Positions 8,376 through 17,722 of a DNA stretch of 64,000 nucleotides are shown here, one piece after another. A model generated the notes under the pieces. The model searched no databases. It had not been told where the DNA came from and saw only the letters and a list, made by a program, of their open reading frames with translations. How positions within the stretch are numbered: position 1 is the stretch's first letter; every line of letters starts with the position of its first letter. The DNA is from Alphaproteobacteria bacterium (GTDB taxonomy: Bacteria; Pseudomonadota; Alphaproteobacteria; Rs-D84). Both the position numbers and the translations under genes were made by a program. The stretch spans positions 3,433 through 67,432 of the forward strand of contig JAIDWS010000022.1 of NCBI GenBank assembly GCA_029059055.1, read 5' to 3'.

Positions 8376-11231
8376 TTATTTCTTCTTTTTATCAGCAACC
8401 AGATACTTTTTCAAGTATTTCCCGGTCAGCGATTCCGGATTGGCCACGATTTCTTCGGGTGTGCCGGCCGCGATAACGCGTCCACCCCCACTGCCCCCCG
8501 TCGGCCCCAGGTCGACAATCCAGTCGGCGGTTTTAATCACTTCCAGATTATGTTCAATAACGATGACAGTGTTACCCTGTTCGACCAATTCATGCAGCAC
8601 CGACAACAGCATCTTGATATCTTCGAAATGCAGCCCCGTCGTCGGTTCGTCCAAGATATACAGTGTTTGCCCGGTACCGCGCGCGGCCAATTCCTTGGAC
8701 AATTTGATGCGCTGGGCTTCGCCACCGGATAAATCCAGGGAACTTTGCCCCAGTTTGATGTAATCCAGCCCCACACGCTTTAACAATTCCAGTTTACGCG
8801 CGATTTGCGGCACATTCACAAAGAACCGATATGCTTCGTCCACGGTCATGTCCAAAACATCCGCGATGGATTTGCCCTTGTACTTTACCGCCAACGTTTC
8901 GTCGTTATAACGCGCACCATGGCATTTGTCACATTCGACATAAACATCGGCCAAGAAATTCATTTCAATCTTTATCTGGCCGTCACCCTGGCATGCTTCA
9001 CACCGACCGCCCTTGACATTAAATGAAAAGCGTCCCGACGTGTATCCACGCGCCTTGGCTTCGGGTAATCCGGCAAAGAAATCACGAATATTGGTAAACA
9101 CGCCCGTATATGTGGCCGGGTTACTGCGCGGGGTGCGCCCAATGGGCGACTGGTCGATATCAACCACTTTGTCGATATTTTCCATCCCGCGAATAATATC
9201 GTGGGCGCCGGTTTCCATCTTGGAATTATACAGAACGCGCATCATCGCCGGATACAGCGTATCCAACAATAATGTCGATTTTCCCGACCCCGACACCCCC
9301 GTCAGTGCAATGAATTTCCCCAGCGGAAATTCCACATCGACATTTTTCAAATTGTTTTCACGGGCCCCATGAATTGAAATCTTTTGCCCGTTGCCGGCGC
9401 GGCGCTGTTTCGGGACATCGATTTTCTTTTTCCCGGACAGATATTGCCCGGTCAGTGAATTTTTGTTCTTAATCACCTGGTCGGGGGTGCCGGCGGCGAC
9501 AATATTTCCACCGTTCACACCCGCATTGCGACCAATATCCACCAAATAATCCGCGGCGCGCATGGCGTCTTCGTCATGTTCGACAACGATAACCGTGTTA
9601 TCTTTGTCACGCAGCATTTTCAGCGTATCCAACAATTTGTCATTATCACTTTGGTGCAGACCAATGGACGGTTCGTCCAACACGTACAATACACCCGACA
9701 GCCCACTGCCGATTTGCGACGCCAAACGAATGCGCTGGGCTTCGCCACCGGACAAAGTCCCCGACATACGCGACATCGTCAAATACCCCAACCCCACGTT
9801 CTGCAAGAATTGCAGACGGCTGGTAATTTCGCGCAGAACAATGCGGGCAATATCGTTTTCTTTTTGGGTCAAATGATTGGGCAAATCCATAAACCATGCC
9901 AGCGATTCGTCGACCGACATGTTACACGTGTCCATAATGTCCAACCCATTGATTTTAATGCACAGTGCCTGGATATTCAGGCGTTTCCCGTGACATACCG
10001 GACATGCTTTCTGGGATTGATATTTCGCCAGTTCCGCCCGCATGGATTCAGATTCCGATTCGCGCCAACGCCGTTCCAGATTCGGAATGACGCCTTCGTA
10101 CGGTTTTTCATATGTGAACCCGTTCCATGTAATTTTAATCGGTTCGTCACCGGTTCCGTACAAAATTAAATCTTTCTGTTCCTGGGTCAATGTGTGCCAT
10201 GGTTTGGCCAATGGAATCTTGAATTTTTTATGCAACGCATCCAACAGATGGTCATATTGGGACAACATCCCCCCGCGTGACCATGGCGCAATGGCCCCAT
10301 CCAGGATTGATTTGGACGGGTCCGGAATCACCAAATCCGGCGACATGTTCAATTGCATCCCCAACCCGTCGCACGCGGTACAGGCGCCGGCCGGCGCGTT
10401 AAAAGAAAACAAGCGCGGTTCAATTTTGGGAACGGTAAACCCACTGACGGGACAGGCATAGTTTTGGGAATACAAGATATCTTCGCCCGTGTCCAAACGC
10501 CGCACCAGAACCGACCCCGGCACCAGGCGCAAAGACCCTTCGAATGACGCATACAGACGGGAATAAAATTCTTCGCGGTCGGAATCCGATACATCGGCGG
10601 CCGGCATCGCCAACCGGTCGATTATCACGAAAATATTATGCTTTTTATTCTTGTCCAGCGGCGGCACAGACGACAAATCGTACAATTCACCGTCGATAAT
10701 CGCCCGGCTGTACCCCTGTTTAACCAAGAACGCCAATTCCTTGCGATATTCCCCTTTGCGGTCACGAATCAGGGGGGCCATAATATAAATCTTGGTTCCG
10801 GCGGGAATTTTCATCGTCCAATCAACCATTTCGCCAATGGTCTGGGACTTAATCGGCAACCCCGTCACAGGCGAATGCGGCACCCCGATGCGCGCCCACA
10901 GCAATCGCAGATAATCATATATTTCCGTCACGGTTCCGACCGTTGAACGCGGATTTTTGGACGTGGTTTTCTGTTCAATGGAAATTGCCGGGGCCAAACC
11001 TTCTATCATGTCAACATCGGGCTTTTTCTGCATATCCAGAAACTGGCGCGCGTATGATGACAAAGATTCGACATAACGACGCTGACCTTCGGCATAAATG
11101 GTATTGAACGCCAGGGATGATTTCCCCGACCCGGACACGCCGGTAAAGACCACCAATTTGTTTTTTGGTATGTCCAAGTCAATGTTTTTAAGATTATTTT
11201 CGCGGGCGCCCCGCACTTTTATCGTATTCAT
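8376..11231 (-). CDS. uvrA: excinuclease ABC subunit A
   Basis: 951 aa with two ABC ATPase modules ([31 protein letters not shown] twice) and zinc-finger Cys clusters. Confidence 0.95.
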   Translation of the reverse strand: MNTIKVRGARENNLKNIDLDIPKNKLVVFTGVSGSGKSSLAFNTIYAEGQRRYVESLSSYARQFLDMQKKPDVDMIEGLAPAISIEQKTTSKNPRSTVGTVTEIYDYLRLLWARIGVPHSPVTGLPIKSQTIGEMVDWTMKIPAGTKIYIMAPLIRDRKGEYRKELAFLVKQGYSRAIIDGELYDLSSVPPLDKNKKHNIFVIIDRLAMPAADVSDSDREEFYSRLYASFEGSLRLVPGSVLVRRLDTGEDILYSQNYACPVSGFTVPKIEPRLFSFNAPAGACTACDGLGMQLNMSPDLVIPDPSKSILDGAIAPWSRGGMLSQYDHLLDALHKKFKIPLAKPWHTLTQEQKDLILYGTGDEPIKITWNGFTYEKPYEGVIPNLERRWRESESESMRAELAKYQSQKACPVCHGKRLNIQALCIKINGLDIMDTCNMSVDESLAWFMDLPNHLTQKENDIARIVLREITSRLQFLQNVGLGYLTMSRMSGTLSGGEAQRIRLASQIGSGLSGVLYVLDEPSIGLHQSDNDKLLDTLKMLRDKDNTVIVVEHDEDAMRAADYLVDIGRNAGVNGGNIVAAGTPDQVIKNKNSLTGQYLSGKKKIDVPKQRRAGNGQKISIHGARENNLKNVDVEFPLGKFIALTGVSGSGKSTLLLDTLYPAMMRVLYNSKMETGAHDIIRGMENIDKVVDIDQSPIGRTPRSNPATYTGVFTNIRDFFAGLPEAKARGYTSGRFSFNVKGGRCEACQGDGQIKIEMNFLADVYVECDKCHGARYNDETLAVKYKGKSIADVLDMTVDEAYRFFVNVPQIARKLELLKRVGLDYIKLGQSSLDLSGGEAQRIKLSKELAARGTGQTLYILDEPTTGLHFEDIKMLLSVLHELVEQGNTVIVIEHNLEVIKTADWIVDLGPTGGSGGGRVIAAGTPEEIVANPESLTGKYLKKYLVADKKKK

Positions 11232-11269
11232 GATTCTAAATATAGGTCAAAAAACGACAATTTCAATAC

Positions 11270-11296
11270 AAAAAAAGGGCGAAATTTCTTTCGCCC
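11270..11296 (-). terminator. intrinsic terminator after the rodZ-like gene
   Basis: Minus-strand sense gggcgaaagaaatttcgccc followed by a T-tract. Confidence 0.55.
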
Positions 11297-11317
11297 GGAA
11301 CGGAAAATTTACCGATT

Positions 11318-12151
11318 TTATTCCGCGGTGGTACCGGCGGTGGCCATCAAACTGGCCGGTGCCATGGACACCCCGGATTTACGCGTATGGTCCGCACCCA
11401 ATTTTGGGCCCAATTTACCGTCAACCCATACGTCAATCCCGCCGGCATTGCCAAACGTCCCCTTGTACTTGTCCCCGGCGGGCACATAATACACATCGCC
11501 CGGCACCAAAACCCGGCTGAACACGGTGTTGCCACGCCCATCTTCGATTTTGACCCAGGATTCCTGGGCGGCCTGTAAAATAACGTCGGCACTTTCACGG
11601 TTTTCCGTACCAAAACGTTCACGCACCGCCAATTTATATGCCGGTTCCGACACCGCCATCACCGGGGTATCCACCACAACGGGCGTATCCGTTTCCGCCG
11701 CCGGTCGCAGGGCCAATGTCAACCCCACCACCAAAATCACCAGTGCCACCAATCCGGCCGTCAACCACATCCAATATTTGCGCCCAAACTGTAACATGCG
11801 GGCCCAAAATCCGCCACGTTTGACCGCACCAGCGGGGGCGACGGTTTCTTCGTCATTTTTGTCCCCGGCCGCATGAACATCCGGCAACAATCCCATTTCA
11901 CGTTTAATCTTGGTCACGATTTCTTCGGGATTCAGCCCCAATTCCATCGCATAATTGCGGGCAAAGCCCAATACATAAACCAATTCCGGAATCTGATGAT
12001 AATTACCGCTTTCCAGTGCTTCTAAAAATTCTTCGCGAATACATAACTGTTTGGCAATGGTGGGAATTTCACGCTTGCGTCGGCCGGTTGTTCTGGCATT
12101 GCGCAGCATTTCCGCCGCCGTCATTTCAACATTGTTTTCATTCATTTTCAT
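11318..12151 (-). CDS. rodZ: RodZ-like HTH/DUF4115 cytoskeleton protein
   Basis: N-terminal HTH (TAAEMLRNARTTGRRKREIPTIAKQLCIREEFLEALESGNY), one TM segment, and a C-terminal DUF4115-like block (ESWVKIEDGRGNTVFSRVLVPGDVYYVP). Internal ATG at 12151 chosen, preceded by aaggatgg. Confidence 0.72.
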   Translation of the reverse strand: MKMNENNVEMTAAEMLRNARTTGRRKREIPTIAKQLCIREEFLEALESGNYHQIPELVYVLGFARNYAMELGLNPEEIVTKIKREMGLLPDVHAAGDKNDEETVAPAGAVKRGGFWARMLQFGRKYWMWLTAGLVALVILVVGLTLALRPAAETDTPVVVDTPVMAVSEPAYKLAVRERFGTENRESADVILQAAQESWVKIEDGRGNTVFSRVLVPGDVYYVPAGDKYKGTFGNAGGIDVWVDGKLGPKLGADHTRKSGVSMAPASLMATAGTTAE

Positions 12152-12198
12152 CCATCCTTGGCAATAATATAATAATCGTGATTTTATGATAGAATCTA

Positions 12199-13122
12199 TT
12201 ACCCCGCAACGCAACCCCAAAATTCAGCAATTGCCGCCCGCAGCACATTTTCATCTGTTATTTGGTTAACCCGGATACGAAATTCAGTCGCATTTTTCAA
12301 TCCGGCCGAATACCATGCCGCATGTTTGCGAAACAGTGGCACACCTGTGCGCGGTCCATAATAATCCAACACCATATCCAAATGGCGCAACACCACCGCC
12401 CCAACATTTTCCGGCGCCGCCGCCCCATTGGCCAATTGCCCCAACAACCACGGCCGCCCCAGCAATCCGCGACCAATCATGGCCCCGTCATACCCCAAAT
12501 CTTTTACACGTGCGACATCATCCGCATCGCGAATATCGCCGTTTGCAATAATGGGAATGGGCGTTTGGGGTTTGACCGGCAATTGCGCCGACCCGACATA
12601 CAATTGGGCCCGCGTCCGGCCATGCAATGTGGCAAATGCCGCGCCATTATCGGCCGCAACGCGAATTAAATCCATCCAGTCCTGATGTTCATCATCCCAT
12701 CCCAACCGCGTCTTTATCGACACCGGGATTTGCACAGCGCGCGCCACCGCCCCCACAATACGTCCCGCCAACGCATGGTCGCGCATTAAAAATGCACCGG
12801 CGCCGGCGCGCGTGGCCACCTTGGGCACGGGACACCCCATATTGATATCAATCCATTTGGCGCCGTTATCCTGTAAAATTTTGGCGGCGGACGCCATTAA
12901 TTCGACATCGGCCCCAAAAATCTGGGCACCGACGGGGCCTTCGTCCGCGTACGTATCAAAATTACGCAGACATCCCCGATGCGCACCCACCAACGAATGG
13001 CACGAAATCATTTCCGTCACCATGGGCGCATTGGGCGCAAATTCGCGCATCAGACGCCGAAACGGCTTGTCCGTGATTCCCGCCAGGGGTGCTGCAAAAA
13101 TTTGATTATTATTGTCAAACAT
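12199..13122 (-). CDS. dus: tRNA-dihydrouridine synthase
   Basis: MFDNNNQIFAAPLAGITDKPFRRLMREF...IDINMGCPVPKV...IKTRLGWDD. Internal ATG at 13122 chosen, because the longer track ORF runs through the divergent ftsB-like promoter. Confidence 0.85.
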   Translation of the reverse strand: MFDNNNQIFAAPLAGITDKPFRRLMREFAPNAPMVTEMISCHSLVGAHRGCLRNFDTYADEGPVGAQIFGADVELMASAAKILQDNGAKWIDINMGCPVPKVATRAGAGAFLMRDHALAGRIVGAVARAVQIPVSIKTRLGWDDEHQDWMDLIRVAADNGAAFATLHGRTRAQLYVGSAQLPVKPQTPIPIIANGDIRDADDVARVKDLGYDGAMIGRGLLGRPWLLGQLANGAAAPENVGAVVLRHLDMVLDYYGPRTGVPLFRKHAAWYSAGLKNATEFRIRVNQITDENVLRAAIAEFWGCVAG

Positions 13123-13141
13123 TTGTGCTATAATGCCACCG

Positions 13142-13468
13142 ATGATGGAAAAAATCAAAAATTTCTTTGGCTTTATCGGTCGCGCATGGCGTGGCGGCAT
13201 CCGGGGCAAGGCGGGCGTCCTGTGCGCGGTGTTCGCGGCATTCATGTTTGTGCGCATTTTCTGGGGCGATGTCAACGTCCAGAAATTTATCGTCAATATA
13301 TGGCGTCTGAACGCGGAACAGGAACAGCTGGCCGCGGAACAGGCGAAATTAAACACACTGAAAACCCACATTGAACTGTTACAGGGGTATTCGGCGGACT
13401 ATGTCGAAGAATTGGGATTAAAATACCTGAATATCGGCGACCCGCGTGCCAAAATTCTGAAAATTTAA
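13142..13468 (+). CDS. ftsB: FtsB/DivIC-family septum formation initiator
   Basis: A single TM segment, then a coiled coil and a conserved tail (RLNAEQEQLAAEQAKLNTLKTHIELLQGYSADYVEELGLKYLNIGDP). The extended -10 TGtgcTATAAT at 13125-13134 places the TSS close to ATG 13142/13145, so the start is uncertain and the mRNA may be leaderless. Confidence 0.6.
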   Translation: MMEKIKNFFGFIGRAWRGGIRGKAGVLCAVFAAFMFVRIFWGDVNVQKFIVNIWRLNAEQEQLAAEQAKLNTLKTHIELLQGYSADYVEELGLKYLNIGDPRAKILKI

Positions 13469-13935
13469 TTCAGGTAAACAATCACCGCATTCAGATACAG
13501 CGCAAACAGCGTCCAAATCACATATGGCCAAACCAGATAACCGGCCGTCCGGTCAATGCGGCGAAACACGCGCATCATCCAGATTGCAACCGCCAACAAC
13601 AGGGCGCAAATCACCAGACTGACATCCGCCAGATGCAATCCAAAGAACGCATATGTCCACCCGGCATTTAAAATCATATGGGCGCCAAACAGTGCATACG
13701 CCCGACCGCGCCGGCCCCCGCGCGGGGCGCGAATAACCCGATACAACGCGATGCCCAACAGAAAATACAGCACCATCCACACGATGACAAAGACGATTCC
13801 ATCCGGCGTCAATGCCGAATGGCGCAAGTTATCGTACCAGCATCCGTTTTCCCCCGTCACCGGAAACAGCGCCGACGTCGCCCCCGGCAGATAAGACAAA
13901 AACATCGCCCAAACAAATGTCAAAAATTTTTTCAT
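13465..13935 (-). CDS. tspO: TspO/MBR tryptophan-rich sensory protein
   Basis: Five TM segments, with WYDNLRHSALTPDGIVFVIVWMVLYFLLG, NAGWTYAFFGLH and WPYVIWTLFALYLN. Internal ATG at 13935 chosen. Confidence 0.8.
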   Translation of the reverse strand: MKKFLTFVWAMFLSYLPGATSALFPVTGENGCWYDNLRHSALTPDGIVFVIVWMVLYFLLGIALYRVIRAPRGGRRGRAYALFGAHMILNAGWTYAFFGLHLADVSLVICALLLAVAIWMMRVFRRIDRTAGYLVWPYVIWTLFALYLNAVIVYLN

Positions 13936-14031
13936 ATATTTTTCCTTTGCCCCATTATACCGCAGTTTCCCCCAAAACGTCATAGGAACGATTTTCCAAC
14001 AAAAAACGCCCGACAACGGGCGTGCGGGGCG

Positions 14032-14910
14032 TCACAATACACCGGCCATTTTGGCATACATGCGCCATATATCGACATATGGCCCCACCCCGCCCCAGGG
14101 CTTGTCATTACCGGCGTAATGCAAAATCGTATAATTATAATAATCTGTAATTAAATCCGCACGCCCCAGCCCCGCCTGTTGATACGCCGCGATATAATTC
14201 CCCGGCCCCATTTTCGCCATCCGATTAAAGCGTATCGATACATATTCAATCCGGCCACGACAAACGGAATTAATGACATCTTGGTCAAAATACCAAATGT
14301 TGCGCGTTTCACGGCGGACACGCTGCATACACTGTTCCGTCCACCCAAAGACCCGCATTTCACGCAAATTCATCACCAAAACGCCACTGTTGACATATTC
14401 GCATTTATCCACCATGGCCCGCAATCCGTATTCTGGATAATGCGCAAATTCATCGGGATATTGTTTTTCCACCGCGGCAATGTTCACATCGCGCACCGCC
14501 CCGATTAATCGACCGACCATCGGCGTACGCCACAATTCGCGCAAATCACCGGCAACAATGATATCGGAATCCAACCAAATGATTTTCCGCACCCGGGGCA
14601 ATAATTTCGGCAAAAACAACCGGGCCATGGCCGCGCGGGGAAATCGCGCCCGTCCATCGTCATAAAATTGATGTGACAGCGCGTTGCCGTTAAATTCTAC
14701 AAAATGAATCCGGGTCCGGCGCCCGGCCCGACGAACAATCTGGCGAACCAAATCCCGCATGGCGCCATGCACATTTTGGTCAACCAGACAATACACATGA
14801 TACCGCACGCCGCGCCGCGCATTATGGGCCAATGAAAAAATCGCCACCGCCGTTTGCAACCACAGATTTTCATCAAATGCAAACGCAACATTAATCCGTA
14901 CCATGACCAT
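14032..14910 (-). CDS. glycosyltransferase family 8 (LPS-type)
   Basis: INVAFAFDENLWLQTAVAIFS, WLDSDIIVAGDLRELW (DxD) and YVNSGVLVMNLREMR. ATG 14910/14904 overlaps the end of the upstream GT2 gene. Confidence 0.8.
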   Translation of the reverse strand: MVMVRINVAFAFDENLWLQTAVAIFSLAHNARRGVRYHVYCLVDQNVHGAMRDLVRQIVRRAGRRTRIHFVEFNGNALSHQFYDDGRARFPRAAMARLFLPKLLPRVRKIIWLDSDIIVAGDLRELWRTPMVGRLIGAVRDVNIAAVEKQYPDEFAHYPEYGLRAMVDKCEYVNSGVLVMNLREMRVFGWTEQCMQRVRRETRNIWYFDQDVINSVCRGRIEYVSIRFNRMAKMGPGNYIAAYQQAGLGRADLITDYYNYTILHYAGNDKPWGGVGPYVDIWRMYAKMAGVL

Positions 14911-15865
14911 ATACCAAATGTAATAAATATTGCTTGAACAAGAATAACCGTGCAAAGCGCCGCATATGCCGGGGCAACATTTTAATGTGTCGCGCATGGG
15001 CCAATAACCGACGGCGCAGTTGCGGTGCCATGATTGATTTATCCACATTGATTTCGTTCAATTCGAAATCCACAATGCAGCGCATCAAATTAAATATCAC
15101 AGAATTCAGAAAATACCGTGGCAAAGCCCTGTTTTCATCAATGCGTTCAATTACTGTCAACAATTGGTCGACCCGCCCCAGCGGCCCTGCCCCGCGGGTC
15201 ACAGAATCACGCCAAACGCGGTGATACAGAACGACCTGGTTAACCTGGACCATCAATGGGCGCATGGCCAACACATCCAGAAACCACAATAAATCTTCAT
15301 TGATTTCGATATTTTCCGGGAACCGAATATGTTTAACCATGTCCGCACGATACAAACGACGCCATGTCCATGCCACGTTATAACAATATTTGGGCAAATC
15401 TGTAAACAGATTTTCGTACAGCAACACATTCACCGCATGCGGATTGAACACCGCCGGCAATTTGGGCAACCGAAATTCGGCATGGACAGTGGTGGTGCCA
15501 CCTTCAACAATATCGGCGTTTCGCATTGACGCCCCGTGCAACATAATTTCAAATGCCGCCGGTAACAACATGTCATCGGCGTCCAAAAACGAAATCCACT
15601 GGCCGGCCGCCATATCCATTCCCACGTTACGCGCCGCCGATACACCGCGCCGCGATTGGTATACAGATTTGAACCGTTTGTCACGCCGACAATATTTTTC
15701 AATAATCGCCCGGGAATCGTCATCACTGCCGTCATCAATAATGATACATTCCCAATCGGTCACGGTCTGGTTTAACACAGATTTCAGACAGTCATCCAGA
15801 TACCGTCCATTATTGTAATTCGGAATAATCAGGGAAATATTCGGCATCAGCTTAGATATGGGCAT
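14891..15865 (-). CDS. glycosyltransferase family 2
   Basis: ISLIIPNYNNGRYLDDCLKSVLNQTVTDWECIIIDDGSDDDS...ISFLDADD. An alternative ATG at 15847 (MPNISLIIPNYNN) would give a TGATG overlap with the upstream Cys-rich gene. Confidence 0.85.
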   Translation of the reverse strand: MPISKLMPNISLIIPNYNNGRYLDDCLKSVLNQTVTDWECIIIDDGSDDDSRAIIEKYCRRDKRFKSVYQSRRGVSAARNVGMDMAAGQWISFLDADDMLLPAAFEIMLHGASMRNADIVEGGTTTVHAEFRLPKLPAVFNPHAVNVLLYENLFTDLPKYCYNVAWTWRRLYRADMVKHIRFPENIEINEDLLWFLDVLAMRPLMVQVNQVVLYHRVWRDSVTRGAGPLGRVDQLLTVIERIDENRALPRYFLNSVIFNLMRCIVDFELNEINVDKSIMAPQLRRRLLAHARHIKMLPRHMRRFARLFLFKQYLLHLVYGHGTD

Positions 15866-16479
15866 GTATGTGAATCAAAGCATCCGCTGTTATCGCACGA
15901 TGCCGCGACATAGACCCGGCAATCCGTAATACTGCCACCCACGGCATATGTGTTACGGTACCCGCGCAACCCACTGTAAAATGGACATTCATATTGGCAT
16001 ATCGACCCATAATTATAACTGTTATAACATTGCAGATTGTCCCCGCCATGCGAACTGACATAGCGGCAAGAACACGCATTTCTGCTGGCACTGCTGTCCA
16101 ACATATATACGCGGCGACATTTTACCAAACTGCCGTATTGCGAATCACAGACTTCGTTACCGCGGTCAAATGAAAAGCAATAAATTTTGCTGCCGTTATT
16201 ACAACTGATGGGGTTATTCAGCGCCCAATAACACGGATAATCGCCATAATATTCATCCCCAGACAGACATTCACATGTACACGACATCCCGGATGTATAC
16301 CCCGGACTGGCCACACAATTTGCATATAATCCGGCGCCGCATTGTTGACTGCATGCGGACAACTGGGTGTAATTACAGGTATCTGCGATTGCATCATTGA
16401 CCTTGATAAAATAATTACACACCGAAATCAAAGCAACCAAAATACTGTGCACCAGTGCCGATTTTCTTGTAAATGACAT
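15847..16479 (-). CDS. secreted Cys-rich protein (family member 2)
   Basis: 210 aa with an N-terminal hydrophobic signal/anchor (SALVHSILVALISVCNYF) and more than 25 Cys. C-terminal family module: YECPFYSGLRGYRNTYAVGGSITDCRV...SHTCPYLS. Confidence 0.65.
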   Translation of the reverse strand: MSFTRKSALVHSILVALISVCNYFIKVNDAIADTCNYTQLSACSQQCGAGLYANCVASPGYTSGMSCTCECLSGDEYYGDYPCYWALNNPISCNNGSKIYCFSFDRGNEVCDSQYGSLVKCRRVYMLDSSASRNACSCRYVSSHGGDNLQCYNSYNYGSICQYECPFYSGLRGYRNTYAVGGSITDCRVYVAASCDNSGCFDSHTCPYLS

Positions 16480-16621
16480 ATTTGCCCCCTGTATACGCCA
16501 ATTGCCGTATCCAAACCACCGTTTGGATTAGGCATAAAATCACAAGAAAAAATGCAGAGAAAAACGGATTTTTTTCAAAAATAAAACCGCCGATTTAAAC
16601 GGTGGTTTGCATTCAGCAGGG

Positions 16622-16650
16622 ATTATATCAAAAAAAGCCCGCAATGTCAA
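16622..16650 (-). promoter_or_regulatory. consensus sigma70-type promoter for the 15847..16479 operon
   Basis: Minus strand: TTGACA (16650-16645), exactly 17 nt, TATAAT (16627-16622). Confidence 0.7.
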
Positions 16651-16712
16651 TATATAGATAGATGTTTCAGATTGATTTTTATCCAAAAGGATATATAATA
16701 CCGACCGTGTAT

Positions 16713-16789
16713 GCGCCCATAGCTCAGCTGGATAGAGCATCGGATTTCTAATCCGCAGGTCGCAGGTTCGAATCCTGCTGGGCGTGCCA
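16713..16789 (+). tRNA. tRNA-Arg (anticodon TCT)
   Basis: gcgcccatagctcagctggatagagcatcggatttctaatccgcaggtcgcaggttcgaatcctgctgggcgtgcca. The cloverleaf can be folded by eye: a 7-bp acceptor stem with one G-U, anticodon loop tTTCTAa, T-loop GGTTCGAATCC, and an encoded CCA. Confidence 0.9.
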
Positions 16790-16832
16790 TAAATTTAAAC
16801 CGGCCATTGGTCGGTTTTAATTTTTGCTGTAC
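16771..16832. repeat. direct repeat copy 1 (tRNA-Arg 3' end plus its terminator)
   Basis: aatcctgctgggcgtgccataaatttaaaccggccattggtcggttttaatttttgctgtacg. It is repeated at 16938-16999 with 2 substitutions and a 1-nt indel. Confidence 0.85.
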
Positions 16833-16937
16833 GCCCCAGGATTTGAACCGTCACAGGTTCGACAACAAGTTGGCGTTTGCAAGCCCGCGCCGCGAACGCC
16901 GTCACGGTTGCCCCGCTGGCATCACAGATGCCAAGGG

Positions 16938-16999
16938 AATCTGCTGGGCGTGCCATAAATTTAAACCGGCCATCGGCCGGTTTTAATTTTTGCTGTACG
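16938..16999. repeat. direct repeat copy 2 (tRNA-Arg 3' end fragment plus terminator)
   Basis: aatctgctgggcgtgccataaatttaaaccggccatcggccggttttaatttttgctgtacg. There is no tRNA body in front of it. Confidence 0.85.
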
Positions 17000-17039
17000 A
17001 TCCACAAACAAAAACCGCCGCGATTTGCGGCGGTTCTGG

Positions 17040-17645
17040 TTATTCCGACAACATATTCTTCATCCGGCGTAATTCCAAATACATGTAAATGTCCGCCAAC
17101 GCGTACAGCAACAATGTAATGGCCAAATAATATATCATTGTGACCGCGCCGACTGCTGGAAATACCAAAATCATCACCGCAATCGCGACCAGAATAACCG
17201 ACACAATCAAACTGAAAATATAATGACCGAACCGGGCGCGCGCCATGTTGATGGAAAATACCAATGACTGGACAGCCTTGGCCAGGAATAAAATCGCGAA
17301 CATATAAACCACACTGAATGGGAAAAGGCAAAACAGTATCCCAATCAACACATTCAACAATCCAAATGTGATGTCCAACCCACGGCTGGTCCCCGGGCGA
17401 CCATCCCCCGCCAGCCCCACAATCGTGCGATATGCACCGAACGCCACCAAAACAATCCCGGCAACCAGCATGATTGTCGACAACGCCCACAACGGCCGCA
17501 CAAACATAAACACCCCGATGGCGGCGAACAAAACCGCTTCACAAATCAACAGTGTCGAACTGCGGCTGTACAGGCGACGCACATACTGGGCGACGGTGTT
17601 ATTTGATGCGCGGTATGCCCGCTGATTTTTCGATGCGGATGCCAT
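17040..17645 (-). CDS. HdeD/DUF308-like integral membrane protein
   Basis: About 200 aa with six predicted TM helices and repeated small-residue patterns (LLICEAVLFAAIGVFMFVRPLWAL..LVAGIVLVAFGAY). ATG at 17645 is preceded by aaggaaag. Confidence 0.55.
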   Translation of the reverse strand: MASASKNQRAYRASNNTVAQYVRRLYSRSSTLLICEAVLFAAIGVFMFVRPLWALSTIMLVAGIVLVAFGAYRTIVGLAGDGRPGTSRGLDITFGLLNVLIGILFCLFPFSVVYMFAILFLAKAVQSLVFSINMARARFGHYIFSLIVSVILVAIAVMILVFPAVGAVTMIYYLAITLLLYALADIYMYLELRRMKNMLSE

Positions 17646-17722
17646 GATTTTCTTTCCTTTGGTTAATATAATTTTATTGTACCATGAACCATACACAGAC
17701 GCAACCATGGGCGCGTGGGTAT

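Noticed and set aside
7918-8763. A 281-aa + strand ORF spanning the SRP54-M-like gene and the end of uvrA
   Set aside because: It is antisense to two well-supported genes and crosses their intergenic gap. It has no motif or SD.
16795-17490. A 231-aa minus-strand ORF running from the HdeD-like gene into the tRNA-Arg repeat region
   Set aside because: It overlaps the better-supported membrane-protein frame and the att-like repeats. Its Gly/Cys/Arg-rich composition is typical of an off-frame artefact.
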